A stretch of DNA of 64,000 bases from a virus (Duplodnaviria; Heunggongvirae; Uroviricota; Caudoviricetes), in the IMG/VR virus record IMGVR_UViG_3300029747_000004. One strand, written 5' to 3'. The stretch's first letter is position 1, and each line of letters starts with the position of its first letter. The notes beneath the pieces are model-generated. The model was not told the origin of the DNA, made no database searches, and saw nothing but the letters and a program-made list of their open reading frames with translations. Position numbers and translations under genes: made by a program. Of the stretch, positions 1 to 10,186 are shown in pieces.

Positions 1-536
1 ATTTCTTCAACCGCAATTTCCACAGAGCACTTGCACGTTTTACGTCTTTCAAGAATTTCTGCTGCTTTTGAATAATCTGCAAAAATTGTACCTTCAACCA
101 TCAAATAATTTTTTTGCTGGTTTTCGTCAAACTCTAAATATGGAGTTGCAGTTTGAGAAATCACACCAATAGGTTGTTCAACATAATGTATCTCAATACC
201 ATTGTCAGATTCAACCAACTCTATATCATGAGCACGAAATTCATATTCTCCGGTATCAGTTTTATATATTGCCCCCAGAATCGGCCTTCCTTTAAATGAA
301 TTTTTGTATAGCTCCATAGTCTCATCGGAAATCCCAGATTTATTACGATTTTTTCCTGTATGACACGATTTTAATTTTACAGTCATTAAACCATCGGAAA
401 TATTATCCGTAGATTCAAATACACCTAGTGACTGAACAACTAGTGGCGCACCACGTTCAACCGAACTAAATGACGTATAATTATTTTCTTTACAAAAATT
501 GTAAAGATCATCAATAGTATAAAATTTTTTAGGCAT
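1..536 (-). CDS. partial CDS (N-terminal 178 aa in window, start MPKKFYTIDDLYNF), hypothetical morphogenesis-module protein downstream of portal
   Basis: Open frame on minus strand from ATG at ~536 to window edge; position after portal/HEG in a head-morphogenesis operon; no motif recognised. Confidence 0.35.
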   Translation of the reverse strand, partial: MPKKFYTIDDLYNFCKENNYTSFSSVERGAPLVVQSLGVFESTDNISDGLMTVKLKSCHTGKNRNKSGISDETMELYKNSFKGRPILGAIYKTDTGEYEFRAHDIELVESDNGIEIHYVEQPIGVISQTATPYLEFDENQQKNYLMVEGTIFADYSKAAEILERRKTCKCSVEIAVEE

Positions 537-621
537 ATATTTGTCCTCCTTTCCGTAAAAATCAAAGCACAAATTGCGCCGTATATAAAACACAATCAAA
601 TAAGCATTATTAATATGTATA

Positions 622-1542
622 TTAAAAATTAATTAAATGTTTTTTAAAGATAAAATCTTTTACATGATCGACTTTTCCCAAGCAGCACTTTGAAATAGTA
701 GAAGAATCTATTCCCAATATTCTACCGGCCTCACTTTGATTTTTAAAAGTACAAATATATCTACCTTCCAAATCAAACATGTCAATTTCTGGCACATAAG
801 GTGTCGTGATTTTACTATAATCAAACTCTTCTGTATCTAAAAATAGGACAAACTCATTATCTATTATTACATGTTTGTCTTTCCACCTAAGTGCTACACA
901 TTGCGTAACGCCATATTCATCTTGAATATCTTTGCAGGACTTGTATGACTTAACAACTTCTCCATCAAGATTAAATTTATTTACTTTAAAAGCACCATTA
1001 TATCTATATAATGTTTCAAATTTATCCAAACTATCTCCAGCATATCTAAAAAATCCGCATCTAGTACCAAACGAAGTTCCATTGCAATTTTCTGTAATTG
1101 ACGTCATTGACAAACCGGTATATTCAGATGCTGCAGTCATAGAATCAAATTGACATACCAATACCTTATCCAAAGAATAGTAATCAATTGGACGAACAGA
1201 AGAGCCTTCTCCGCCAAGCGCTCCATTATATCCATTTGGATTATATGTATTAAAAATATTAATATAATGGCGTTCTAATTTATTCAATTCAAATTTTAGT
1301 TCACTCAATGTTTTTGAACAAATAACATCAACTTGTACGACAACAAAATTTTCTTTTTTATATTTTCTAATAGCTCTATGAAAATAATAATCATCAACTT
1401 CCGACATCGCATCTTTTACATGTTGTTTCCATCGAGCATCAATTGTCCTCATTGTTTGACCAATATACATATGGTAATTAATTTGATTTGTGACTTTATA
1501 AATATATCCCTCATACATTTTTGTTTCAGTATTATAACTCAT
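622..1542 (-). CDS. GIY-YIG homing endonuclease
   Basis: N-terminal GYIYKVTNQINYHMYIGQT...RWKQH matches GIY-(10-11)-YIG with downstream Arg; size and context typical. Confidence 0.6.
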   Translation of the reverse strand: MSYNTETKMYEGYIYKVTNQINYHMYIGQTMRTIDARWKQHVKDAMSEVDDYYFHRAIRKYKKENFVVVQVDVICSKTLSELKFELNKLERHYINIFNTYNPNGYNGALGGEGSSVRPIDYYSLDKVLVCQFDSMTAASEYTGLSMTSITENCNGTSFGTRCGFFRYAGDSLDKFETLYRYNGAFKVNKFNLDGEVVKSYKSCKDIQDEYGVTQCVALRWKDKHVIIDNEFVLFLDTEEFDYSKITTPYVPEIDMFDLEGRYICTFKNQSEAGRILGIDSSTISKCCLGKVDHVKDFIFKKHLINF

Positions 1543-1583
1543 GCCATTACCTCCAAATACTTTTCAAAATAAAAAAATAAAAG

Positions 1584-1778
1584 TTAATATTTTCTTAACT
1601 TCCACTCTGTTAATAAACTATTTAATTTATCTGTACCTTCAAACACCCAATATTTTTTATCTGTTTTTGGATGCTTTCCAGAAACAATCGACACCTGGCC
1701 ATTCTGAATCAAAAACTCTTTCAATGGCCAACTATAACAATAAAAATACTTATTCATATTGCACCTCATTGCATTCAT
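1584..1778 (-). CDS. small protein, paralogue of 8102..8284 product; partner ORF of HEG cassette
   Basis: 64 aa; shares YCYSxxLxxFLxxNG...W.....LNxLLxxW pattern with 8102..8284; preceded by conserved leader motif. Confidence 0.45.
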   Translation of the reverse strand: MNAMRCNMNKYFYCYSWPLKEFLIQNGQVSIVSGKHPKTDKKYWVFEGTDKLNSLLTEWKLRKY

Positions 1779-1787
1779 TTTGTATTG

Positions 1788-1973
1788 TCAAAATGTTAAT
1801 TTATCTGTAAAATAAATTTTTGTGTTATCAATTTCTTCAAAATTAAGTTTTACTTTATCGTCATTAATAAACGTATATGTATTATTGATATTTGACACCA
1901 TATAAAACCCATGAGCAAGTAGGTAGGTGCTCACGGTTTTGTCTTGTGTAATAATAAAATTTTTTTTAGACAT
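1788..1973 (-). CDS. hypothetical protein
   Basis: ORF in operon context. Confidence 0.3.
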   Translation of the reverse strand: MSKKNFIITQDKTVSTYLLAHGFYMVSNINNTYTFINDDKVKLNFEEIDNTKIYFTDKLTF

Positions 1974-1999
1974 CGTGATACCTCCTTTATAAACATAAT

Positions 2000-3541
2000 T
2001 TAATTATCATTTTTATTTCCGTCACGTGTCGCTTCGCCTTCATCAGATAATGGTGCATCAGACTCTGGCCTGCCATCAGAACCATCACCATTTTCAGATA
2101 GTCCAGCACTTTGCACATTGCTTGAAACAAGCGGAGTTGCCCATGACATAGTTCCAATTCCAAGGGCATTTTCTATAAAAGACATTCCACGTTCTTTTAC
2201 CGGGTTCACATTAGTTAAGGATGCCAATTCAAGTTTAACTGGAACACTATATTGTGCAAGTTTCAATAGCTTATCCACTCTATCATCAATAAAATATGGA
2301 GAAATATCACTGTATTCAACAATCATACCAGTTTCTCCAAGATGATTTAAAATCCATAGATTTTGCCACGCATTAATCTGCTCTATAGGAGCCATCGCAT
2401 CCATAGAGTCAAATTGAAGTGCCAATTTAAAACTTGTACTATTAGTAATTTTATTTTGATTTAGAACAATACCACCATTAGCATTAATAATATTTTCATA
2501 AGCTTTAGAAATAATATTAACATCATTAGCATTATTGCTATTAAAATCTATACTATCAAGTTTCATTGGAGACATTGCTAAAGCAACGTTATCTGGAACA
2601 GCAGACTGTAATTTCTGATAAAATGCATTTGCTAAATCAAGATCAATTTCAAAATCATCAACATCTTTTGTACCAGAAATTGTATCAATTTTTGCATAAA
2701 TAAGTTTATATGCCTCTAATTTATCCTTTAAATCTTGAACCGCCTGCAAATCTGCAAGACTAATAATCCCATCAAATAATCCAGAAAGTGGCGGAACTGG
2801 ATAATCTAAGTTATCTATGTTAATCTTTAAACAGAACGTATTCTCAATAGGAAGTTCCGCCCATCTCTGCGTGTTATCACTTTTATATTTATTATACAAT
2901 TTCTTAAAAATAGGGTCGTATACATCTAAATAATAAGAATTTGTACCAGAATCAAAGAATGAGCAATCAAACGCGAAATTTAGCACACCTCTGTAATACT
3001 GCTGACTTGAAATTTTACAATAATCCGGGTCAAGCAAATGTATAAAAAACGTTCCATCTTTTTCGGGGTCGCCATAACAGAACCCGTACACAACGTCGTT
3101 CTTCCAAGCCTGAAGCATACACTTCAAAATCTGACTTTTCATATCCATATTACGTACATACTTTGTAACACGCTCATAATTCTGTAATACACTATTCTGA
3201 TCAGGATCTTCTGTAAGTGGAATATCTGGATATACCGTCCACGACTTGCAATTAATTTGATATGCTTTAAAATTAATTAACCTTCTATATACATGAGATA
3301 CCGTATATAAATAATTCGAAAGTTTCCTAAGCTGTTTCTGGTTTGATTCACTTGCAGGATTCTTCAAATATGTACGTAAGCTGTCTCTAGAATACGTAGT
3401 GTATGTAATATTTTTATTTTTTGTCAAGTCAATAAGACTAAGCACGTCCTTCACAGCGGCAAACGCAGCTCTATTCTTTTCCTCACGACTTAACGTTTCA
3501 ATACGTTCCTTGTCTGTTAATTCTTTTGCCAAACTATTCAC
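2000..3541 (-). CDS. putative portal protein
   Basis: 513 aa immediately downstream of terminase large subunit; acidic/Gly-rich C-terminal tail typical of portals. Confidence 0.5.
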   Translation of the reverse strand: MNSLAKELTDKERIETLSREEKNRAAFAAVKDVLSLIDLTKNKNITYTTYSRDSLRTYLKNPASESNQKQLRKLSNYLYTVSHVYRRLINFKAYQINCKSWTVYPDIPLTEDPDQNSVLQNYERVTKYVRNMDMKSQILKCMLQAWKNDVVYGFCYGDPEKDGTFFIHLLDPDYCKISSQQYYRGVLNFAFDCSFFDSGTNSYYLDVYDPIFKKLYNKYKSDNTQRWAELPIENTFCLKINIDNLDYPVPPLSGLFDGIISLADLQAVQDLKDKLEAYKLIYAKIDTISGTKDVDDFEIDLDLANAFYQKLQSAVPDNVALAMSPMKLDSIDFNSNNANDVNIISKAYENIINANGGIVLNQNKITNSTSFKLALQFDSMDAMAPIEQINAWQNLWILNHLGETGMIVEYSDISPYFIDDRVDKLLKLAQYSVPVKLELASLTNVNPVKERGMSFIENALGIGTMSWATPLVSSNVQSAGLSENGDGSDGRPESDAPLSDEGEATRDGNKNDN

Positions 3542-3549
3542 CGCCTTTC

Positions 3550-5577
3550 TTATCCGAATAATTTCTCCAATGGTTTCCCAGGATTAACTTGTAATTTTGA
3601 TAATATATCTATTGCGTTTGGCTTTTTCCTAGTTACCAAATGTTCTCTACGGAGCTGTTGCAACAAATATGCAGCCATCGCGCAGACGTAAGCTCTATCG
3701 TCATGCAATTTATTCGCCTTGTCTGGAGCTAAATCAAATCTATCACCGCCAGAAGACTGTTTAAACCTATAGATATTAACAAGCTCCGTTTTCATTAAAT
3801 CAATCTGTTTTAACGCAACCTCTTCATCTAAATCTAAATTATATTGCTCTCTGACAATCTCTATACCTTTTTTGCTAAGTTCTTTAACTTCTTTTTCAGT
3901 GGGCTCTATGAACCTTTGTGTTTTAATGCCGGTTTTTGTATTCAAATCGTACATAACCATAATATACCCACGATTATCATACTCATTAGGCCAATCAATT
4001 AAATTCATATCCATCATTTCAATTAAAGCTCTAAACATTTCAACCTTATATTTAGCTGGTTGAAGTAATCGCATCTTATCAGTAATAGCATTTGGATACA
4101 ATTTATATTCTTCTGGACTATATTCTTTGTCAATTAAACCTCTATGTATGTTTCCGTTTTCATCTTTCCAGTCTTCCCACATGAAATCTGAAATATTTAC
4201 ACCAGATCCGCCGCTACCAGCATCTATATAAAGTCCTAAAATATTTTCATAATCAGCAACGCCTTCTCCATTATAGGCCAATAAAAGTCTTTTTAACTCT
4301 TTGATTTGATTTGGTGTAGTCATAGGGGTCTTTTTTTTCTTCATGGTATTAAGCAAATTAACTACATTTTGAATTCTCATCTTCCATCCAACAATTGGAT
4401 CTTCATAATATTCTGCACATAAAATAACAGAGTTATCTGCACTTCTAGCAGGGTCATATAGTAGAGCAAATTTGCTTTTACTATCATCATTTCTTAATCT
4501 TGGGGGACGAGATACAGAGTTTCTGATAATAGCTGCTCTTTTAATAATCTGACCATCGCCGCCTTCAGAAGTGAAAATATTTTTATATTCTCGCAACGCA
4601 GCTTCTTTGTCAACCCTCATAGCCTGGTCTACCTTTTCTTGTGTAAGAAGAGGTACAGGCCATATTTTGCCATGAACAGTTGCTCCAATTACTACATCGC
4701 TTGATATGTCCGCGCAGAAATACCGTCTATCTCCAGCAAACATCTTGATCGAAAACTCTCTATATTTTTTAAAAAAATATTGGTCTGTGCGCCCAGCAGA
4801 AGAACAGTATAACAACTGGTTTGGGAATGGTTTCGGCTCTGCAAGTAAATCTTCTGCGCTAAAATCTTTACCCGCTTTAAACTCTGAGTTCTGAGTAGTA
4901 AACGGTTCAGATGTATGAAACAACTCATCCGGGGCATTCATAGCCTCATCATAGACATTTAAATTCGACCTCTTAGACCTATTGTTGTCAAATGCACCAT
5001 TCAACGTAAAACATTGGCTACCGCCATATGTCCTTACTGTATATGAAGCAGGGTTATGTATCCAACCATTAGAATTAGCCTGAGACTTTACAACATTACT
5101 TTGAAAAATATCATTTAAATTCGTAAATGAAGATATATTTTTTAAGGCGAAAGCTTCCATTTTTAAAAACATTTCAATTGATTGTGAGCCAACACCGGCA
5201 AGTATATATGCTTTAAAATTCGGTATAAGCATCATTTTATCCATTACAAATAAGGACGCTCCTATACTCTTACCGCCGTTACGACTCATCGCCCATACTG
5301 CAAATGGCACATTCCAACTTGAATCAAATAAATATCTCTGATAGTCTAATAATTGCACATTAAATATTTCTTCACAAAAACGTGTTGGGTTTCTTCTACC
5401 CCACTGCAAAAACTCAGACAACTCCAGTTTTTCGTTATATCTTTTTGTAGTCATATTATATAAATTAGGACGCACAAACGGATGGTCATATCCATAATCT
5501 TCTATAATATCATCTATTGTTTTGTAATCTTTAATTAAATTTTCGTCATATATGGGAGCAATATCAATCACTATCAA
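3550..5577 (-). CDS. terL: terminase large subunit
   Basis: 675 aa; Walker A-like AMSRNGGKS, Walker B-like NVYDEAMN, C-terminal nuclease-like region; gene order TerS-TerL-portal. Confidence 0.7.
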   Translation of the reverse strand: MIVIDIAPIYDENLIKDYKTIDDIIEDYGYDHPFVRPNLYNMTTKRYNEKLELSEFLQWGRRNPTRFCEEIFNVQLLDYQRYLFDSSWNVPFAVWAMSRNGGKSIGASLFVMDKMMLIPNFKAYILAGVGSQSIEMFLKMEAFALKNISSFTNLNDIFQSNVVKSQANSNGWIHNPASYTVRTYGGSQCFTLNGAFDNNRSKRSNLNVYDEAMNAPDELFHTSEPFTTQNSEFKAGKDFSAEDLLAEPKPFPNQLLYCSSAGRTDQYFFKKYREFSIKMFAGDRRYFCADISSDVVIGATVHGKIWPVPLLTQEKVDQAMRVDKEAALREYKNIFTSEGGDGQIIKRAAIIRNSVSRPPRLRNDDSKSKFALLYDPARSADNSVILCAEYYEDPIVGWKMRIQNVVNLLNTMKKKKTPMTTPNQIKELKRLLLAYNGEGVADYENILGLYIDAGSGGSGVNISDFMWEDWKDENGNIHRGLIDKEYSPEEYKLYPNAITDKMRLLQPAKYKVEMFRALIEMMDMNLIDWPNEYDNRGYIMVMYDLNTKTGIKTQRFIEPTEKEVKELSKKGIEIVREQYNLDLDEEVALKQIDLMKTELVNIYRFKQSSGGDRFDLAPDKANKLHDDRAYVCAMAAYLLQQLRREHLVTRKKPNAIDILSKLQVNPGKPLEKLFG

Positions 5578-6760
5578 TCACCTGCCCATATATATCAATT
5601 AAATTTTTATCTCTTAAAAAATCTTTTAAATCCTTGTTTTCAACAAGTAGCACTCTTGCTCTTTCTACCGCCTTATCACGTTCTTTTGTAAGACTTTCAA
5701 CAAGATCTCGTCTAATACCCTGAATCTCATCCATTACATTTTCATCAAATCCGATTTGATCAATTTGTGCTTTTGCGCTAATTTCTGCAACTTGTTGCAT
5801 ACCTTTGCAATAATCAATATCGTACATATTAATTTTTGCATCTCTAAACCCAATTAGGTCTAATTCCTTCATTTTCCCGGTAAGCGTATTTTGTCCTTTG
5901 CTTTTACTATTATTGAAATTTACACTAATACCATTATCTTTTGCAAGTGCATTAGCGCCAGAAAGTAATTTAGAAACTGTATCCGCAAGTTGTTTGATAG
6001 TACCATTGTTATTATTTAATTTCATAGTATCAGACGACAAATCATCAATAGCATCATTAATTTTACTAATCTGATTAAATGATTTAACAATTTGAATAAC
6101 TGCATTCATTTTCATTCCATCATTTTTAGTTTCTTCATCAATAAAACTAACAACCTGCGCATAAAGCAAAGGTTTATCATCTTCTATTGGATAATTTGCA
6201 AAAGGGTCATAGCCTGTCATCCTAATTACGTCTTTTTTATTGGTTTTATATGCCTCGTTAACATCTTCGGTGCTAATATTTGATTGCCTATTCTCTTTTC
6301 CGACCTCAATTTTTGCCGCACTTTTTGCCTTTTCAACATATACATCAAAAATGTCACTATCCTGCCAACGTAAACCTCGATATTGAATCATTCCAATATT
6401 TTTTATATATGCATCCCAAATTGTTGTTCTACGTAATGTCTGCCCTTGATTCGCCCACTCCAAATAGCTTGAATCCCATACTTTGTTTAAAAATGGCTTA
6501 TCAAGTCTAATTAGCGCTTCTTGGATTGATGCCTTAGTACATGTACCATATTGTTGTGTGCGCTCGTCCCAATTCATTGCAATTTTCCTTGCACATTCTT
6601 TACACATTGTAGTCTTCCCCGTCATTACAAGAGGGTCTGAGCTTGTATAAAATTCTGCCGTTTTTTTCTCTTTCAAACAAAACGGGCATAAATATTTTTT
6701 GTCATCTGCGGCAGTTTTCTTTTTAGCTGCCGTTTTTTTCCCTGCACTTTTTGTAGCCAT
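5564..6760 (-). CDS. putative terminase small subunit / zinc-ribbon DNA-binding protein
   Basis: Basic N-terminus (KKTAAKKK) then CPFC...CKEC zinc ribbon; directly upstream of and overlapping terL. Confidence 0.3.
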   Translation of the reverse strand: MATKSAGKKTAAKKKTAADDKKYLCPFCLKEKKTAEFYTSSDPLVMTGKTTMCKECARKIAMNWDERTQQYGTCTKASIQEALIRLDKPFLNKVWDSSYLEWANQGQTLRRTTIWDAYIKNIGMIQYRGLRWQDSDIFDVYVEKAKSAAKIEVGKENRQSNISTEDVNEAYKTNKKDVIRMTGYDPFANYPIEDDKPLLYAQVVSFIDEETKNDGMKMNAVIQIVKSFNQISKINDAIDDLSSDTMKLNNNNGTIKQLADTVSKLLSGANALAKDNGISVNFNNSKSKGQNTLTGKMKELDLIGFRDAKINMYDIDYCKGMQQVAEISAKAQIDQIGFDENVMDEIQGIRRDLVESLTKERDKAVERARVLLVENKDLKDFLRDKNLIDIYGQVIDSD

Positions 6761-6804
6761 ATATAACTGCCACCTTTCTTGTTATTTTTTAGAAAGAAGC
6801 CCAT

Positions 6805-7026
6805 TTACTGAGCTTCCTTCTCCTTGGCAGTCTTAGCCTCTGCAATTTCCTTATTAATTCTTGCGAACTCAGTCTGAAAATGCTCATCATTCTTAAACAC
6901 TAAAACGGTCTTATCTGGATTTGTACGGTCGGGTTTTACATCAACTACCTGACAATTTGCCTTGAGAAGGGCTCGTCCAACACCCATATTAAACACCAAA
7001 CGACTTTCCTTGTTTTTATTTTCCAT
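6805..7026 (-). CDS. hypothetical protein
   Basis: 73-aa ORF with upstream RBS. Confidence 0.3.
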   Translation of the reverse strand: MENKNKESRLVFNMGVGRALLKANCQVVDVKPDRTNPDKTVLVFKNDEHFQTEFARINKEIAEAKTAKEKEAQ

Positions 7027-7086
7027 AATTCATTGCTCTCCTTTATGTTTTTCTTATTTGTATATTAAAAAATGGCGGGAAAGTTT

Positions 7087-7106
7087 CCCCGCCGTAGGTG
7101 GGACCG
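7087..7106 (-). terminator. rho-independent terminator (GGCGGG-loop-CCCGCC then U-run on minus strand)
   Basis: Plus strand shows aaaaaatGGCGGGaaagtttCCCCGCC; on the minus strand this is a hairpin followed by a T-run, 3' of GIY-YIG gene 7139..8077. Confidence 0.55.
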
Positions 7107-7138
7107 GACGTACAAATACATCAGCCACCAATATTAAA

Positions 7139-8077
7139 TTATATAGCTAATTCGTCTTTGAATCTAAAAACAAATCCATGAGTATATGGTCTTTTATAGT
7201 TGCACACTTTCGAGATCATTTTATGTCCAATCCCAGTTATTCTTTCGGCATCTCTTGCAGATAAATATTCTGCAATAAAATTCATATCTAAATCATATTG
7301 TATAACCGATTTTGTGGGTGGTCTATATCTTGTTGCGTTTGGAAAAATAATATTTTTTGTCAAATCCTTCCATATACGTTTAGCCCGAATGTCTTTAATT
7401 GTATTTACAGAAATTCCATAATCATTTGCGATATCTTTATCAAATTCAGAATTTAACATTCTCTCTATAATATTTTCAACGTCATCTTTGCTTAATTTAA
7501 TTGATGGTTTCTTTCTTTTAATAAAGTTCATATCTTTTGTAAGTTCAACATATGAAGTTTTTTCATATATCCCATATATAGTACAGGCACTTACATTAAA
7601 CATTTCCGCTATATTAACTATTGGAATATCAGTATTTACAAGATAATCGCAAACATCAACAAATTGTTCAAGCGAAAATCCACGTTTGCAATTTTGCAAA
7701 TCTTCAATTGTGGTGTAATTGGTAGGAGTTTTTGAATTTATTTTATTATGATTATAAACACATATACCGTTAGCAACATAACAATCTATCCAATATTGCT
7801 CTCTTTCAAAGATATAGTCTCTATCTCCAACAACATTTTCTATAATTAAAAAATCAAAATTATCTTGTCCGTACTTATTCCACGCATTTTGCAAATGCAA
7901 ATTATGATGTCTATCATTGTATAAATCCCAAACATGTTGCCTCCATCTTCCATATATATCTACAGAAGAACCAATATATACACTACAATTTGCTAAATTC
8001 TTAATTAAATACACACCTGAAATAACTTCTCCACTAAATCTAAAAAACTTTTTTGACATAACAATAACCTCCAACAT
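7139..8077 (-). CDS. GIY-YIG homing endonuclease
   Basis: GVYLIKNLANCSVYIGSSVDIYGRWRQHV = GIY...YIG...R motif. Confidence 0.65.
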   Translation of the reverse strand: MLEVIVMSKKFFRFSGEVISGVYLIKNLANCSVYIGSSVDIYGRWRQHVWDLYNDRHHNLHLQNAWNKYGQDNFDFLIIENVVGDRDYIFEREQYWIDCYVANGICVYNHNKINSKTPTNYTTIEDLQNCKRGFSLEQFVDVCDYLVNTDIPIVNIAEMFNVSACTIYGIYEKTSYVELTKDMNFIKRKKPSIKLSKDDVENIIERMLNSEFDKDIANDYGISVNTIKDIRAKRIWKDLTKNIIFPNATRYRPPTKSVIQYDLDMNFIAEYLSARDAERITGIGHKMISKVCNYKRPYTHGFVFRFKDELAI

Positions 8078-8101
8078 ATTTCAATTCAAATAAAAAACAA
8101 C

Positions 8102-8284
8102 CTACTTTTTAACAGACCATTGATTCAGTAAGTTATTTAATTGTTCTGTTCTAATATAAACCCAAAACATAGTTTTACTATTTGGATTTAAAGCACATAG
8201 CTCATACTTCAACCCATTTTTATATAAAAAATTTCTTAAATTCAAACTATAACAGCAATATAACTTATCCATCTTGTACCTCAT
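8102..8284 (-). CDS. small protein, paralogue of 1584..1778 product; partner ORF of HEG cassette
   Basis: 60 aa; conserved pattern shared with 1584..1778; preceded by leader motif variant. Confidence 0.45.
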   Translation of the reverse strand: MRYKMDKLYCCYSLNLRNFLYKNGLKYELCALNPNSKTMFWVYIRTEQLNNLLNQWSVKK

Positions 8285-8297
8285 TCATTTGTGCTGT

Positions 8298-9527
8298 CTA
8301 ATTTAAAATAAACTTTTCAGTTCCAACGCAACCATATTTTTTGTCAAAAATAAACATCTTACAAGCCGCTTTTGAACTTTTACCCAATTTATTGAACGCA
8401 TAAGGATCTGTTCCCTGAAATGACGGACATACTAATAGCTCCGTATCATGGCTGTCATGTTCATTGCCAGAAATAATTCTATCATTGTGAAAATGGCCAA
8501 TAAACACATAATCAATTAACTTTCTATGTTTAACACTCAAATCTTTAAGTGCCGTTTCTAAATTTTTAATTGTATGACCATGCATAGCCATAACATTAAA
8601 ATTATAAATCGGAACCTCAATATAATCATATCCGTCATTCAGATGCACAGACACTCTAGTATTGTATTTAAGCATATCTGCAATATAATGACCAATCACA
8701 TACTCCATATCCTCATGAACAAGTTCATTTGCCTTCGACCCAATTGGACGAGATTGTGAGTGATTTGACGTTGGAGTGTGGTAATAATCTATATAGCAAT
8801 ATGCTGACAATTCATTCAAAAAATTGGCAATTAACCTAGCCACGGTTACGGTTGCTTCAACAACAGGAACTTCATTCAATTTCAAATCTGTCAAACGCAA
8901 GATCCCCTGAATTGTATCAGCCAACTCAACAATATAAAACTTACTAATGTTATTAAATTGTATATATTCAACAAGCATATCAAGCAATTTATTGAATCTT
9001 TCTTCGCAGATTGATAGTGAATACTCATTTGTTTCAATCTCGAAGTTGGCCCCAGCTTGAATATCTGCAATTGTTAGCACATATTCCCTGCTATAATCTA
9101 TAAGATAATCACTATTTCCAGCAATAACTTTGGGCATTGTAAGGGTTTGGATAGCATCTCGAATATTTTCATAGAATAATTCCTCTCTACTATCAAACCT
9201 TAAGCTCCTATTGGCTTCAACTTTAGTCGCATATAACTTCTGACGTTCCTTCTCCAGCTCATACTTTGCCTTCTTTATCTCTTCAAGATATTTATCTTCA
9301 CCAACAATCTTGTCTGAGTTTGCCTCAAACACGTTCTTAAACGCCGCCCATGTTTTTCTATATGCGGATTCGGTTTTATTACACCCAAACTCGTCATTAA
9401 AAATTTGTGCCATCTGCGGCCAAGTAAAACCAAGAGTCTCTTTCATATTACAAACTCTATAAAAATACTGATCTTCACTCTCATTTTCCATACGCTTTAA
9501 GTTTTCATCCATGCTTATCACCATCAC
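8298..9527 (-). CDS. metallophosphoesterase-like protein
   Basis: C-terminal HGHT ... IGHFHNDR ... GNEHDSHD His/Asp clusters resembling the calcineurin-like phosphoesterase fold; N-terminal ~120 aa of unknown function. Confidence 0.4.
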   Translation of the reverse strand: MMVISMDENLKRMENESEDQYFYRVCNMKETLGFTWPQMAQIFNDEFGCNKTESAYRKTWAAFKNVFEANSDKIVGEDKYLEEIKKAKYELEKERQKLYATKVEANRSLRFDSREELFYENIRDAIQTLTMPKVIAGNSDYLIDYSREYVLTIADIQAGANFEIETNEYSLSICEERFNKLLDMLVEYIQFNNISKFYIVELADTIQGILRLTDLKLNEVPVVEATVTVARLIANFLNELSAYCYIDYYHTPTSNHSQSRPIGSKANELVHEDMEYVIGHYIADMLKYNTRVSVHLNDGYDYIEVPIYNFNVMAMHGHTIKNLETALKDLSVKHRKLIDYVFIGHFHNDRIISGNEHDSHDTELLVCPSFQGTDPYAFNKLGKSSKAACKMFIFDKKYGCVGTEKFILN

Positions 9528-9897
9528 TTTTTCTCGCTTTTTCTATTTTTTTTAATTTTTTACTTTTCTTTTTGTTAATTTTCTTTCTAAATGCTGGACT
9601 AAATTTTGCATATGGAATGAATTTTGCAGGTGTTATAACTTTTTCTTGTGTTCTTGGGTCTCTTGCTTCATGTTCTGGAGAATATCTACCACCAAACACA
9701 AACCCAAGAGAAAGACGAATTTCTGACGGTTTATCTTTTTTCGCTGTGCTCATATTCTCAACAATTATTTCGTCGAGCGCATCAAGCACCGTCTCCATAT
9801 TATGTATATAAAAATTTGTTTTCTCAGCTAATAGCCTCGATAACTCATATTTCGTTAACACTCTTTCCATATCTTTTTGCTCCTTCTTAGCAGCCAT
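9505..9897 (-). CDS. HU/IHF-family DNA-binding protein
   Basis: RLSLGFVFGGRYSPEHEARDPRTQEKVITPAKFIPYAKFSPAFRKKI parallels the HU beta-arm consensus GFGxFxxRxRxARxGRNPxTGExIxIxAxxVPxFKxG. Confidence 0.55.
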   Translation of the reverse strand: MAAKKEQKDMERVLTKYELSRLLAEKTNFYIHNMETVLDALDEIIVENMSTAKKDKPSEIRLSLGFVFGGRYSPEHEARDPRTQEKVITPAKFIPYAKFSPAFRKKINKKKSKKLKKIEKARKSDGDKHG

Positions 9898-10075
9898 TAT
9901 TCGTAATCCTCGTCATAGTTGACGCTAAGTTTTACCGTCTTATCCGCAAAATCTTCTAGCAAATCCTTAAGATCAATAAGCTCTCCGGTATCTATATTTT
10001 CAATTGCAATAGTACCATCTTCAATAGAAAGAATACCTTTTGCATTTAATGCATATTTGCGTGTAATATTTGCCA
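9898..10075 (-). CDS. small hypothetical protein (59 aa, MANITRKYALNAKG...)
   Basis: ATG with GGAGG RBS directly 3' of leader motif; not in the supplied ORF track (<60 aa). Confidence 0.3.
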
Positions 10076-10186
10076 TAATTTTGTACCTCCATGCTGTCTA
10101 TTCATTTTGTATTGTCGGGCGACATGCTATATATTCGACACGTCGCCCAGTATATCCTGTATAATTTATGTTAAATTTATATTATA

